Shown one piece after another: positions 34,155-45,145 of a stretch of DNA of 56,301 nucleotides. The DNA is taken from positions 638,794-695,094 of the forward strand of contig BCKQ01000007.1 in the NCBI GenBank assembly GCA_001600695.1, given 5' to 3'. The position numbers were made by a program, and so were the translations under genes. Every line of letters begins with the position of its first letter. Position 1 is the stretch's first letter. Below the pieces are notes generated by a model. It worked only from the letters and a program-made list of their open reading frames with translations. It was not told the DNA's origin and made no database searches. This DNA is from Ascoidea asiatica JCM 7603. Its lineage: Eukaryota > Fungi > Ascomycota.

Positions 34155-35387
34155 ATGAATTCAGATAATCATTTTTTAGAAAATGAGAAAATAACATATG
34201 AAAATTCCTGTTCAAATTTTAAAATTACAAAAGAATATATTCCATTAAATTTAAAACAAAATTTAATTAAATTTGATGATGATAAAATTTTAATTGAAAT
34301 TTATTATGTTGGTTTAAATCCAATTGATTTAATTTTAAAAAAAACAAAATTACCAATATCTTTAAAATATTTTAATTTAAATTTTAATAGAAATTATAAT
34401 AATAATAATAATTATAATTATTTAATTGGTATTGATTTTATTGGAAAACTTATAAAATTTGGTAAAAAAATTTCAAATTCATTTAAATTAAAATTTAAAA
34501 TTAATGATTTTATAACTGGTACTTATAGATCAATATTTAATGGTACTTTACAAAAATTTTTACTTTTACCATATAATGATTCTGGTTTAATAATTAGTAA
34601 ATTTAATATCTTTAGTATTAATAATATTAATAATATTAATAATAAATTAATTGAAGTTGGTAGTAGTGGAGTTGTTTTAACTGCTGCTCAAAATGCAATT
34701 TTTAAAAATCCAAATTTAAAATTAAATAAAAATTCAAAAATTTTAATTATTGGTGGTGGATCATCTGTTGGAATTTGTTCAATTCAAATTTTGAAAAATG
34801 TTTTAAAGATTAATGAAGATAATATTGTTATAATTTCATCAAAATCTTCAAATGAATTTATTAAAAATGAAATTTCAAATAATTTTAAAATTTATTTTAA
34901 TAGAGAAGATTTTGAAAATAATTCTAATAAATTAAGTGAAAAAATTAAAGAATTAAATATTAAATTTGATTTGATTTTAGATTGTATTGGAAATAATGAA
35001 ATTTTTAAAATATCTAATGAAATTTTAAATAATATTAAACAATCATTTTATGTTACATTTTCAGGTAATAAAAAATTAAATTATTCAAATATTAATATCA
35101 TTTCAATGGGATTTAATCAAAGTTTTATATTTTCAAGACATTGGTTATCAATAATTTCAAGAAATTTAAATTTTTATCCAAATAATAAATTTTTTAATTT
35201 TAGAATGATTAATAATTCACCAAATGAAAAAGATTGGAATGATTGTGTAAATTGGTTAGAAAATGATTTAATTAAAATTCATATTGATTCTGTTTATAAA
35301 TTTGAAGATTTTCAAAGGGCTATTGATAAACTTTCTAGTAATAATGCAAGAGGTAAAGTTGTTATTGATGTTCGTGGAGGTCATTAA
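34155..35387 (+). CDS. Zinc-independent MDR/quinone-reductase-like protein (Yim1/Ast1-like)
   Basis: GLNPIDL, GIDFIG, ILIIGGGSSVG, FDLILDCIG, IDSVYKF...ARGKVVI. Confidence 0.8.
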   Translation: MNSDNHFLENEKITYENSCSNFKITKEYIPLNLKQNLIKFDDDKILIEIYYVGLNPIDLILKKTKLPISLKYFNLNFNRNYNNNNNYNYLIGIDFIGKLIKFGKKISNSFKLKFKINDFITGTYRSIFNGTLQKFLLLPYNDSGLIISKFNIFSINNINNINNKLIEVGSSGVVLTAAQNAIFKNPNLKLNKNSKILIIGGGSSVGICSIQILKNVLKINEDNIVIISSKSSNEFIKNEISNNFKIYFNREDFENNSNKLSEKIKELNIKFDLILDCIGNNEIFKISNEILNNIKQSFYVTFSGNKKLNYSNINIISMGFNQSFIFSRHWLSIISRNLNFYPNNKFFNFRMINNSPNEKDWNDCVNWLENDLIKIHIDSVYKFEDFQRAIDKLSSNNARGKVVIDVRGGH

Positions 35388-36493
35388 AAATCTCATTGCT
35401 TCATTGTTTCCTTTGATTTGAAGTTTTGGAAAATCAAATTAATTAAATACTGTAACAAACTTCTTTTCTTTTGTATTCTTGTAAAGTTTTATAATCGTCA
35501 AGTAAATACATTGTTTTTTCTCAAATGAAAACAAAGTCAAATGTATGAATCAATTAATCAACAATTAATTAATAAAATTTGTCTATACTCTTTCGATCGG
35601 GTATGGCGGCTATCACGGCTATATATAGAATAGCGGTTATATCGGCTATAGCTGCTTAAAGTTTCACTCGCCACACTCGCCACTTTTTTCATTTTATTTT
35701 GCGGCTGGTGTTTCAAACCCCGCAAACGCGGCAAGTGACATTTTCATCGGAAAATCCCGAACACGTGGCGCAGCAGAATCTGCACATGCCAAATGTAGAA
35801 CGCGGCTGCATGCCTGCCCACTGTTTTTTTATGTGAGGCTCTGTGCAGCGCTGTGTGCTTGCTTGCACTGTTGAGCTTTTGAAGTTCTCGTAAACCGTCG
35901 TACCGTTCGCATCTCTCGCACCGCTCGCACCTGCTGCGCTGTTATTCTTCGGCTTGCTTTCCCGGCCACGTGCTGCTGCTCTGCTGCGCGAGACCAGCCC
36001 TGCGGATCTGCTCCCTGTCTCAGCTGTCTCAACAATTCGATTCTGAATTTTCACTCAAATCTCGATCTGAATTTTATGAATCATTTTCACATTCATAAAA
36101 GGAAGGAGATTTCATTCATTCATTCTTTAATTCATTCTTTATTTATTTATTTCTTTGGTTATTTATTCATTCATTGATTATTCTTTTATAAAATCAGTAT
36201 TGAAAAAGAAAAAGAAATAATAATAAGAATAAGAATAAATATATTTAGCTTATTTACTTCTTTAATTCAATAAGTATAACTAACGTAAGTAATATTAATA
36301 ACTTATTCTACATAATCTACTAACTTTATTTGATTTTCTATTTCTTTTTAATTTCCTTCCTTTTTTTGTAAATAAATTTATTGAAATTTGATTTAAATTT
36401 ATTCATTATTCTTTATTCATTATTAATTTAATTTAAATTAAATTATATCCTTTATCGACATAATCATCTTACAACTTTCTATATTATCTTAAA

Positions 36494-38785
36494 ATGAAAA
36501 TTACTGATAAATTATTAAAAGCTCATCCAATTAATGAATTTGATTCATTATCTAACCTAAATAATGATTCAAATGATTTAGAAAAATTAAATCCAAATGA
36601 GAATGAGAATGAGAATAACTTAAATTCTTCATATTCCTCAAATTCTTCTTCAACATCTTTAACTTCTTCTTTATCTTCTTCAAACTCTTCAAATTCATCA
36701 AACTTACATTTAAATTCTAATACAAATTCAAATACAATTTCAAATTCAAATTCTTCAAAAATTACAACTTTTTCATTTGAATTTTTTCCTCCAAAAACTT
36801 CTCAAGGTACTCAAAATCTATATGATAGAATTGATAGAATGTATAATTTAAATCCTTTATTTATTGATATAACTTGGAATGCTGGTGGTAAAATTACAAC
36901 TCCTTTAAATGATAATAATAATAATAATAATAATCAAATAAGTATAACTAATCAAATTATTAATGTTTCTCAATCTATTCTTGGTTTAGAATCTTGTATG
37001 CATTTAACTTGTACAAATATGTCAATTGAATCAATTGATAAAGCTTTAAAAAATGCTTATGATTCCGGTTGTCAAAATATTCTTGCTTTAAGAGGTGATC
37101 CTCCGATTAATCAAGATATTAAAAATTCAAAAAATATTGGAAAATTTAAATATGCAAAAGATTTAATTAAATATATCAGATTAAAATATGGTAATTATTT
37201 TTGTATTGGTATTGCTGCCTATCCAGAAGGTCATCCAGAAGAAAAAAATCAAGAAATTTTAATAAAATACTTAAAAGAAAAAATTGATGCTGGTGGTGAT
37301 TTTATTATAACTCAAATGTTTTATGATGTTGAAAATTTTTTAAATTGGTGTAAAATTTTAAAAGATATTGAAAAAATTAAAATTCCAATTATACCTGGTA
37401 TTATGCCAATTTCAACTTATCAATCTTTTATTAGAAGAGCAAAATGGTCTGAAATTAATATTCCAAATGATTTTTTAAATATTTTAAATCCTTTTAAAGA
37501 TGATGATTCAAAAATTAAAGAAATTGGTAATGATTTAATTGTTAAAATGTGTCAAACTTTAATTAATTCAAATTATATCAATCATTTACACTTTTATACA
37601 ATGAATTTAGAAAATTCAACAATTAATATATTAAATGATTTAAATTTAATTCATTCTTCTAATAATAAACTTGATTTTAAATTTGATGATAAAAATAAAA
37701 AATTATATCCTTGGAGAAAATCTTTAAATCCTTTAAGATCAAAAGAAAATATTAGACCAATTTTTTGGCAAAATAAAAAATTTAATTATTTCATTAGAAC
37801 TAAAAATTGGGATGAATTTCCAAATGGTAGATGGGGTGATTCAAATTCTCCTGCTTTTGGTGAAATTGATTTATTTAATGGTTCTTTATTAAGACATTCT
37901 CCTTCAAAATTAATTAAAATTTGGGATAGACCAGTAAATTTTAAAGATTTAATTGATTTATTTTTAAATTATCTTAACAATAAAATTTCAATTTTACCAT
38001 GGTCTGATTCTCCAATAAACTCAAATGAAATTCATTCAATTTTTAATAATTTAATCAATCTAAATAAAAAAGGTATTTTAACTGTAAATTCTCAACCTTC
38101 AATCAATGGTATTAAATCAAATTCAAAAATTCATGGTTGGGGTCCAAAAAATGGTTATATTTATAAAAAACAATATCTTGAATTTTTTATTCATAAATCA
38201 AATTTAAATAAATTAATTAATAATATCAATAATTTAAATCATAATTTAAATAATAACAATAATAATAGTAATGATTCAAATAATTTTAATAATAATAATA
38301 ATAGAAATAATAAAGATTTTTCAAATGATTCAAATAATGAAGATGATTTTGTTATTTTATCATATTTTGCAGTTGATAAATTTGGTAAATTTTATTCAAA
38401 TTTAAAAGATGAAAATAAACCAAATGCTGTAACTTGGGGTATTTTCCCAAATTGTGAAGTTATTCAACCAACAATTGTTGAAAAAGTTTCTTTCTTAGCT
38501 TGGAAAGATGAAGCTTTCAGATTAGCAGATGAATGGTCATTAATTTATAAAAGTGATAATTTAAAATTATTAAAAGATAATAATATTAATTCAGATTTAT
38601 CAAATTTATCAGATTCTAATTTAGAATTTTTAAAAAATAATAAAACTTATCAAAATAATTCAAAAGCTCAAAAAGTTATTGAAGATTTATCAAATGAATT
38701 TATTCTTGTTAATATTGTTGATAATGATTATGTCGGTAAAGAAAAGATTTTTTCATTATTTGAAGATTTTGATTCTTGCTATTAA
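36494..38785 (+). CDS. MET13: Methylenetetrahydrofolate reductase
   Basis: MKITDKL, FSFEFFPPKT, NLYDRIDRM, FIDITWNAGG, NILALRGDPP, WDEFPNGRWGDS. The N-terminus matches Met13 rather than Met12. Confidence 0.93.
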   Translation: MKITDKLLKAHPINEFDSLSNLNNDSNDLEKLNPNENENENNLNSSYSSNSSSTSLTSSLSSSNSSNSSNLHLNSNTNSNTISNSNSSKITTFSFEFFPPKTSQGTQNLYDRIDRMYNLNPLFIDITWNAGGKITTPLNDNNNNNNNQISITNQIINVSQSILGLESCMHLTCTNMSIESIDKALKNAYDSGCQNILALRGDPPINQDIKNSKNIGKFKYAKDLIKYIRLKYGNYFCIGIAAYPEGHPEEKNQEILIKYLKEKIDAGGDFIITQMFYDVENFLNWCKILKDIEKIKIPIIPGIMPISTYQSFIRRAKWSEINIPNDFLNILNPFKDDDSKIKEIGNDLIVKMCQTLINSNYINHLHFYTMNLENSTINILNDLNLIHSSNNKLDFKFDDKNKKLYPWRKSLNPLRSKENIRPIFWQNKKFNYFIRTKNWDEFPNGRWGDSNSPAFGEIDLFNGSLLRHSPSKLIKIWDRPVNFKDLIDLFLNYLNNKISILPWSDSPINSNEIHSIFNNLINLNKKGILTVNSQPSINGIKSNSKIHGWGPKNGYIYKKQYLEFFIHKSNLNKLINNINNLNHNLNNNNNNSNDSNNFNNNNNRNNKDFSNDSNNEDDFVILSYFAVDKFGKFYSNLKDENKPNAVTWGIFPNCEVIQPTIVEKVSFLAWKDEAFRLADEWSLIYKSDNLKLLKDNNINSDLSNLSDSNLEFLKNNKTYQNNSKAQKVIEDLSNEFILVNIVDNDYVGKEKIFSLFEDFDSCY

Positions 38786-39474
38786 TAAAAGTTTTATATG
38801 TTTTTTTTTTTCCGGTGATTTATTTTCATTTTAACTTTTGCAAAATTAATTTCAAAAAAAAAAAAGAAAATCACCACCAAACAAAAGTTCAACCTGTATT
38901 TCTAATCTATTTTGTTATTTGATATGATTATTCAATTCTTTTGGAAATAGTATTTACTATTTCCTATTTTTTTTATATTTTTTATTTATCCACTTTATTA
39001 TTTATTATTTATACTTTATGACAACCAATTTTTTTTTTATTTATTTTAAATCTCCATTTTTTCTTTTATTTTTATATTTATTTATATCTTTCTTATTCAT
39101 TTTTCAAATTATTTAAGTTTGAATGAGTTCTTTTTTTTCTTTTGATTATCAATTTTTATCAATTTTTTATAACTTCTTTTTTGTCATTTGGTGATTTTTG
39201 TTAATCCTTTTTTTTGTTTATCTAAAAATTTATTCTGGTTTAGTGGCCCATTTCAATTGTTTTAATTTATAGAAGTTCAACCTGCATTATTCTAATCAAA
39301 CATTTTAATTTTATTTTTAAAAAAAAAAAGATATATTTACGATAATTGTAAAAATTATTTATTTATTAGAAATGCTATAGAGTATATAATAAAAAAAGAG
39401 AAAAAACAGGAAGGTTAAAGTGAGAATTAAACTTAATTGAATATTAACAGAAATATAGGTAAGTTAAAAAAAGA

Positions 39475-39969
39475 TTAATTGAATAAATCAATATAATTGT
39501 AATTAACTTTTGTGAAATTTTTATAAGAATTATTAACTTGAATAATAATTTGATTTAATTGAGAAGAAAAAGTATGAAATTGTTTTAAATTTGAATTTGA
39601 ATTATCTTTTGATAAATTTAAAGGATCAGTAATAAATTGTCTCATTAAAGTTTTCAAATTAGTAATTTTAGTTTTGATTGAATTTAAATTATTATAAAAA
39701 TCTGGATAATTTTTCCAAAATTTTTCATCAATTTGAATTTTTGGATTTAAAATTTTTTCAAATTTTTCAAATTTTTCAAATTTTGTTGTAGAAGAAGATG
39801 AAGAAGAAATTGAATTTAATTCAATTGATAAATTTGAAATTGAAGATAATTCAGATTCAATATCTTTTAAAGAAATTTGATCATTTGAAGTTTTAATATC
39901 TGAGATTGATTCAGATTTTGATTCAGAAGTAATTGGAGAAGTAATTGGAGAAGTAATTGGAGCACTCAT
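39475..39969 (-). CDS. Hypothetical protein (Ser-rich N-terminus, helical C-terminus)
   Basis: 164-aa ATG ORF in AAAATG context; no family recognised. Confidence 0.5.
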   Translation of the reverse strand: MSAPITSPITSPITSESKSESISDIKTSNDQISLKDIESELSSISNLSIELNSISSSSSSTTKFEKFEKFEKILNPKIQIDEKFWKNYPDFYNNLNSIKTKITNLKTLMRQFITDPLNLSKDNSNSNLKQFHTFSSQLNQIIIQVNNSYKNFTKVNYNYIDLFN

Positions 39970-40977
39970 TTTGAATAGAATTCCTTGTTATTGATTAGTT
40001 GATAATTAGTTATAGTTATTTAATTGATATTCGATTGATAATTGATTGATAATTGAAATAGACCGAATTATATCGAAGGATAATAAAAGATATTCGTATC
40101 ATTTTATATGTTAATTGATTAATTGATTATTTGATTCTTCATTTTTTTTAACTCAATTGGATATTATTACTACTCCTTAAGAGATTGTTTAGTATGAATT
40201 TCCCCATGAAATTCCCCAGTATTTCAAAATAATGTAAATGAATATAATGATTAAAGAGTAATTGAGTGATGAGTTTAAAGTGAATGATTGTAGTAATTCA
40301 GGTGAAATTATTTATAAAGTTAATGGAATATAAATTTAATCGAATAAAATGACATTATTCAATTGAGACAATGAAAACCCTGTTATATTTGAGACAAATG
40401 GGATATTTCCAGTTTTTGTAGCAGTACAAATAGATAAGTCACTTGCTGGATGGAACATTGTATACCCTGTAGAAACAGAATCCAAATCATTCATTATATT
40501 TGATCTAGCTTATTCTAGTTTATTCTAACAAACATTTGGTGGAGAGATTATTCATTCTTATGAAAAGATGAAGAGATGAACAATAAAAAGATGATGAGAT
40601 GGTGAGATGATTGAAGTAGTAGCTGATGAGCATTCTTCAAGACAAAACAGAATCAGAATATGAAAGCAGTGACAATAAAGATGATTATTTATCTTCTTCA
40701 GTGGAGCCATTCAAGATAAACCTTCTTCAGTAAACGCATTGCCTGATTCTTTCTTCCATGAGCTAGAAAAGAATTCATTATGTATGCCCAATTCATTAGA
40801 TCCATTTAGACTATTATATTCCATCATATTATACTATATTATATTGTATTATATTGTATTTAACATCTCTTACAATAGACATCTTCAATAGTATCATACA
40901 TTACTTCATTCATTCCTTCATTCAATATTCTCAGTTCAGAATACAGCTCTTTGACTTGGAACATGCCCAACACACCA

Positions 40978-41080
40978 GTTATAGTGGCCGAGAGGTTAAG
41001 GCGATGCCCTGCTATTGTCTTGTTCAAAGCAGTTTAGGCATTGGGTTCATCCTGCGCAGGTTCGAATCCTGTCTATAACG
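40978..41080 (+). tRNA. tRNA-Ser(GCT) with 21-nt intron (41015-41035)
   Basis: Acceptor stem GTTATAG/CTATAAC; anticodon stem ATGCC/GGCAT around CTGCTA^A; long variable arm; GGTTCGAATCC; intron contains AGCAG, complementary to the anticodon; T-run downstream. Confidence 0.96.
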
Positions 41081-41589
41081 ATTTAACTGTTCTTTTTTTT
41101 TTTGTGCATTTCCTTTTTCGTTTTGTGATATAGTGCATACATGCGCCACTCATGCTCTATTCCTGTTTTTGATCCACCTTTTTTATCAGGACGCAATATT
41201 CTTCCGCTTTTTTTCCAATTATTCGTCCCGCTTTTATTCTTTGTTGTTTTGCGCTGCAATATAATGTCTAAAGCAGTCATTATTATGCGGGTCTTGTTAC
41301 GCCGGGAATAAAAAAATTAAAAGTTTGAAGACCCGCGCAAAAGTTATATCCGAGAAAGTTCTTGCCGCAAGCAGGGTTCTCTACTGCGCGCTGGGCTGTT
41401 TCCCCAGTGCTTGGCGTAAATATTATCTATTGAATAAATATAAGCTACAATTCAATTAAAACCTTCATTTTATTCAATTTCTTCATGATCTTGGTAAATT
41501 TTGAAAAATTAAATTGAACTCCATATATTTATTAGATTTTAAATATACTCTTTATATTATTATTCAGCAAAAATATCACTTGATTAGAA

Positions 41590-44289
41590 ATGTCAACTGG
41601 TTTAGAAAATAGGAATATAAATAACAATAATAAGGACAATCTCGCAGATAACAATCTTAATAATATTAAAGATAATGAAATAACTTTAACTTCCATATCT
41701 GGAACTAAAAGAAGAGTTTCAAGAGCTTGTGATTGTTGTAGAAAAAGAAAAACAAAATGTAATGGTCAATATCCATGTTTTAAATGTTCAAGTGATAAAT
41801 TAAATTGTTCATATGGTTATATATCAAGAAGAAAAAAAAAAATATCAAATTTAAATATAAATTCAAATTCAAATAATTCAATACATAATCAACAAAATAA
41901 TCACTTGAATATTGATTTGAATAATACTTCAATTCCTTTTTATTTACAAAAAATTGATAAAAATATTCAAACTTTAGTTAATAAACAAAATAATTTGGAA
42001 AATATTTTAATTAATCTTATTTCAAATATATCTAAGAAAAATATAAAAAATAATTTAAATATTCAAAATTTGTTTAATTATAATAATACTAATAATGATA
42101 AAGAATATGAAAAATACCATGATAATGAAGAATCAGAAGAATCAGAAGAATATGAAGAATCAGAAGATTATGAAGAATATAAAGAAGATACTTTAATTAA
42201 TAATAAAATCATTGGTACCAATAAACATACTCCATTTATATTCAATTTATCAAAAGATGATAATCTTATTGGTCCACAATCTTCTTTTTCAATATTTAGT
42301 ACAAAAGGAATTGAATTTATTAAAAAAAAATTAAATAATGATATTTTATTAAATCCATTGATTAATTTACCAAATTTAATTAAAAATAAATGTAATCAAA
42401 ATTCTAAAATTTGGTTAGATGATAATAATATTAATAAATTCAATGATACTATTTTTCAATTTCCAAAAAAAGAAATTATTAATGAATTAGTCAATGAAAA
42501 TTTAAATAATTTTTTATTTATTAACCAAATTAATTTATTTCATTCTTCAATTAAAAAATTTTATGAATTTGAAAAAATTAAACCTGGTGAATATAAAAAA
42601 ATTTTAAATAATTCTCAATTTTTATTTTTAAATATAATGATTTCAATTTTATCATTTTTTTATATTGATAAAATCGAAGAATTTCCTGAAAAAAGTTTCA
42701 ATTTAAATAAAATGTATTTAAAAAAACTTAAATTAAAACATTTCAAAAATTCAATTTATTTTTTTTATAAAATTTTTTTAATTAATGATGGATTAATGTC
42801 ATGTCAATCAATTTTATTATTATCATTTTATAATGAACTTATAAATTTACCAAAAATTTCATATATGTTATTATCAATCTCAATTAGAATTGCTCAAGAT
42901 ATTGGAATTCATAGAATTGAATATTATATAAATATTGATGAAAAACAAAAATATAAAGCAAAAATGATTTGGTTTTATTGTCAACAAATGGATAAAACAA
43001 TATGCTTTAGAAATGGTAAACCTCCAATAATTCGTAAACAAGATTGTAATTATATAATTGAATTAGAAGATAGACTAAGTATATGTAAGATTTTTAAAAT
43101 TCAATTAAATGAGATTAATAATAAATATATTTGTAAATATATAATTTTATTATTAAATGGAAATAAAAAAGATATTGAAAGAATAATAATATTTATAAAA
43201 TCATTAATGAGTAAAGAAACTAATGATATATATTGTGAATTATTTTCATCATCTTCTTTAATTGGTAAAAATAATAAAGAAATTAAAAGTTTAATAACAA
43301 ATTTAACAGAAAAAATATATTATTGGAAAAAATGTATGCCAGAAAGTTTAAAGCCAGGAGTTGAAGATTTTTTAGATTTTAATAAAGAAGGAAAAAAAAA
43401 AGATGGAAGTTTTTTGAATAAATTTATCAAATTACATTTGATGATAATTCATTTAGTTTATTATTATCAAATATTAAATATAAATAAGTTTTTAATAAAA
43501 GATTGTTGGGATTCAATGAATTTGAAAAAGAAAAAAGATGAGGAAAAAGAAGAGAAAAAAGAAATAATTGAAAGGTATTTAATATGTTATGAATCAGCAA
43601 GCAAAATAATTGAATTAACAATTAAAATGCCAGAAGAATTAAGACAATATACAGATTTAATTATGTATCCAACAATTTCTGCAATTATTATGTTATTTAG
43701 TTTTACAGTTAATAATTTTAATTCAAATTTAAATTTAAAAAACAATGAAGGTAATTTTAAAAATATTTTTTTAATTATTGAATGTTTTAAGAAATATTTT
43801 TTAAAATGTGCAGGTAAGAAAAGAATTTCAATAATTTTAATGGCTGTTATTGAAATTATTAAAATTTCTATAAATATTGAAGAAAAAAATTGTAATGAAA
43901 AGATAATTTTAAGTGAAGAAGATTTACAAATTCTAAATGCCAATTATAGCTATGAAAATGAAAATAATAGTGAAGATGAAAATGAAAGCAAAGATATAAA
44001 AGATGATAATGATAATAATAATGTGAATAATAATGTGAATAATAATGTGAATAATAATGTGAATAATAATGTGAATAATAATGTGAATGGGAGTCTTTTG
44101 AATAGTAATGAGAATATATTTAGTAATAATGAGGTTGAAATATTCAAATATATTGACGATAATTTTAATTATTTATATGAACCAATGTTTGATTTACCAT
44201 ATGGTATAGGAAATAACATTCATGAAGACTTTAATGACTTTAATAATATTAGTGATTTTGAACATTTTAATAATTTCAATGATATATAA
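41590..44289 (+). CDS. Zn(II)2Cys6 transcription factor with fungal middle-homology region
   Basis: RACDCCRKRKTKCNGQYPCFKC...C; SIRIAQDIGIHR...WFYCQQMDK...GKPP. Confidence 0.92.
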   Translation: MSTGLENRNINNNNKDNLADNNLNNIKDNEITLTSISGTKRRVSRACDCCRKRKTKCNGQYPCFKCSSDKLNCSYGYISRRKKKISNLNINSNSNNSIHNQQNNHLNIDLNNTSIPFYLQKIDKNIQTLVNKQNNLENILINLISNISKKNIKNNLNIQNLFNYNNTNNDKEYEKYHDNEESEESEEYEESEDYEEYKEDTLINNKIIGTNKHTPFIFNLSKDDNLIGPQSSFSIFSTKGIEFIKKKLNNDILLNPLINLPNLIKNKCNQNSKIWLDDNNINKFNDTIFQFPKKEIINELVNENLNNFLFINQINLFHSSIKKFYEFEKIKPGEYKKILNNSQFLFLNIMISILSFFYIDKIEEFPEKSFNLNKMYLKKLKLKHFKNSIYFFYKIFLINDGLMSCQSILLLSFYNELINLPKISYMLLSISIRIAQDIGIHRIEYYINIDEKQKYKAKMIWFYCQQMDKTICFRNGKPPIIRKQDCNYIIELEDRLSICKIFKIQLNEINNKYICKYIILLLNGNKKDIERIIIFIKSLMSKETNDIYCELFSSSSLIGKNNKEIKSLITNLTEKIYYWKKCMPESLKPGVEDFLDFNKEGKKKDGSFLNKFIKLHLMIIHLVYYYQILNINKFLIKDCWDSMNLKKKKDEEKEEKKEIIERYLICYESASKIIELTIKMPEELRQYTDLIMYPTISAIIMLFSFTVNNFNSNLNLKNNEGNFKNIFLIIECFKKYFLKCAGKKRISIILMAVIEIIKISINIEEKNCNEKIILSEEDLQILNANYSYENENNSEDENESKDIKDDNDNNNVNNNVNNNVNNNVNNNVNNNVNGSLLNSNENIFSNNEVEIFKYIDDNFNYLYEPMFDLPYGIGNNIHEDFNDFNNISDFEHFNNFNDI
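44014..44088 (+). repeat. Coding 12-nt tandem repeat (AATAATAATGTG)x6 encoding (NNNV)n
   Basis: Read directly inside the transcription-factor ORF. Confidence 0.85.
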
Positions 44290-45145
44290 AGAACTTAATT
44301 CAGAATATTTGAATTAATCTTGAATACCAATCAATAAATAAATTATTGAATAACTCACTGAATAAATCAGTGAGTAAACCTTAAATAAGCTTAATTTTTT
44401 TTTTAAAAAAAGAGGTTACAAAGCATTGGCCCTCTTAAACGGGGTTTGTAAAACGTGACTAGGCATGTGATGCATGCAAGACCATAATTATGGAACTTCT
44501 GCCGGTCTCTGCGCGTGTGCGAAAACGGCAAAAGGTAAACAAAACAATTCCTGCGCATGTAAACGCATCCGTGTGCAAACCCGCCGCGTCTGGCGCTAAC
44601 GCGGTCACGTGCCCGTCTGTGCTTTGCTCAGGCAGAAAACTCAGTGAAGAAGCCAGTGAAAACCCCAGCGAAGAACGACTGAAAACGACTGAAAACGACC
44701 GAAAAACCACTTAAAACACCTAAAACATCTAAAACTGCAGTAAAACAACAAACGAAGAAAAAACAATAGCAAATCAATAGTAATAAAAAAATAGAGCAAT
44801 AAAAATAAAATATAATAAATATTAAAACGTAAACAATAAAATATTATTATTGAATCAACTTGCAATTGTGAAATAATTAATATTTTCTTGATCCATCTAT
44901 TTATCAATTATTTCTTTCATCTCCATCATCTTTTTCATATTCAGATAATTTTCAAATTCAAATAAAATATTATTCAAATCATATCAATTTAATCAAATAT
45001 CTAATATACAATCAAATATTTAAAATACAATTCAATGAAGCAAAAAATCATCTATTTGAATAAATAAATCAATAAATCAATATATAAATAATTAAATTAA
45101 ATTAAGTATTCAACTAATTATATATATTTTCATTCACTTTGAAAT

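Noticed and set aside
40854-41078. 74-aa ORF, and the 143-aa ORF at 51548-51979
   Set aside because: Both run through tRNA genes and start at non-ATG codons.
40978-41080. tRNA-Ser as a CUG-reassignment tRNA
   Set aside because: The anticodon is GCT, a standard Ser tRNA. CTG codons look rare in the genes here, but the genetic code cannot be determined from this window.
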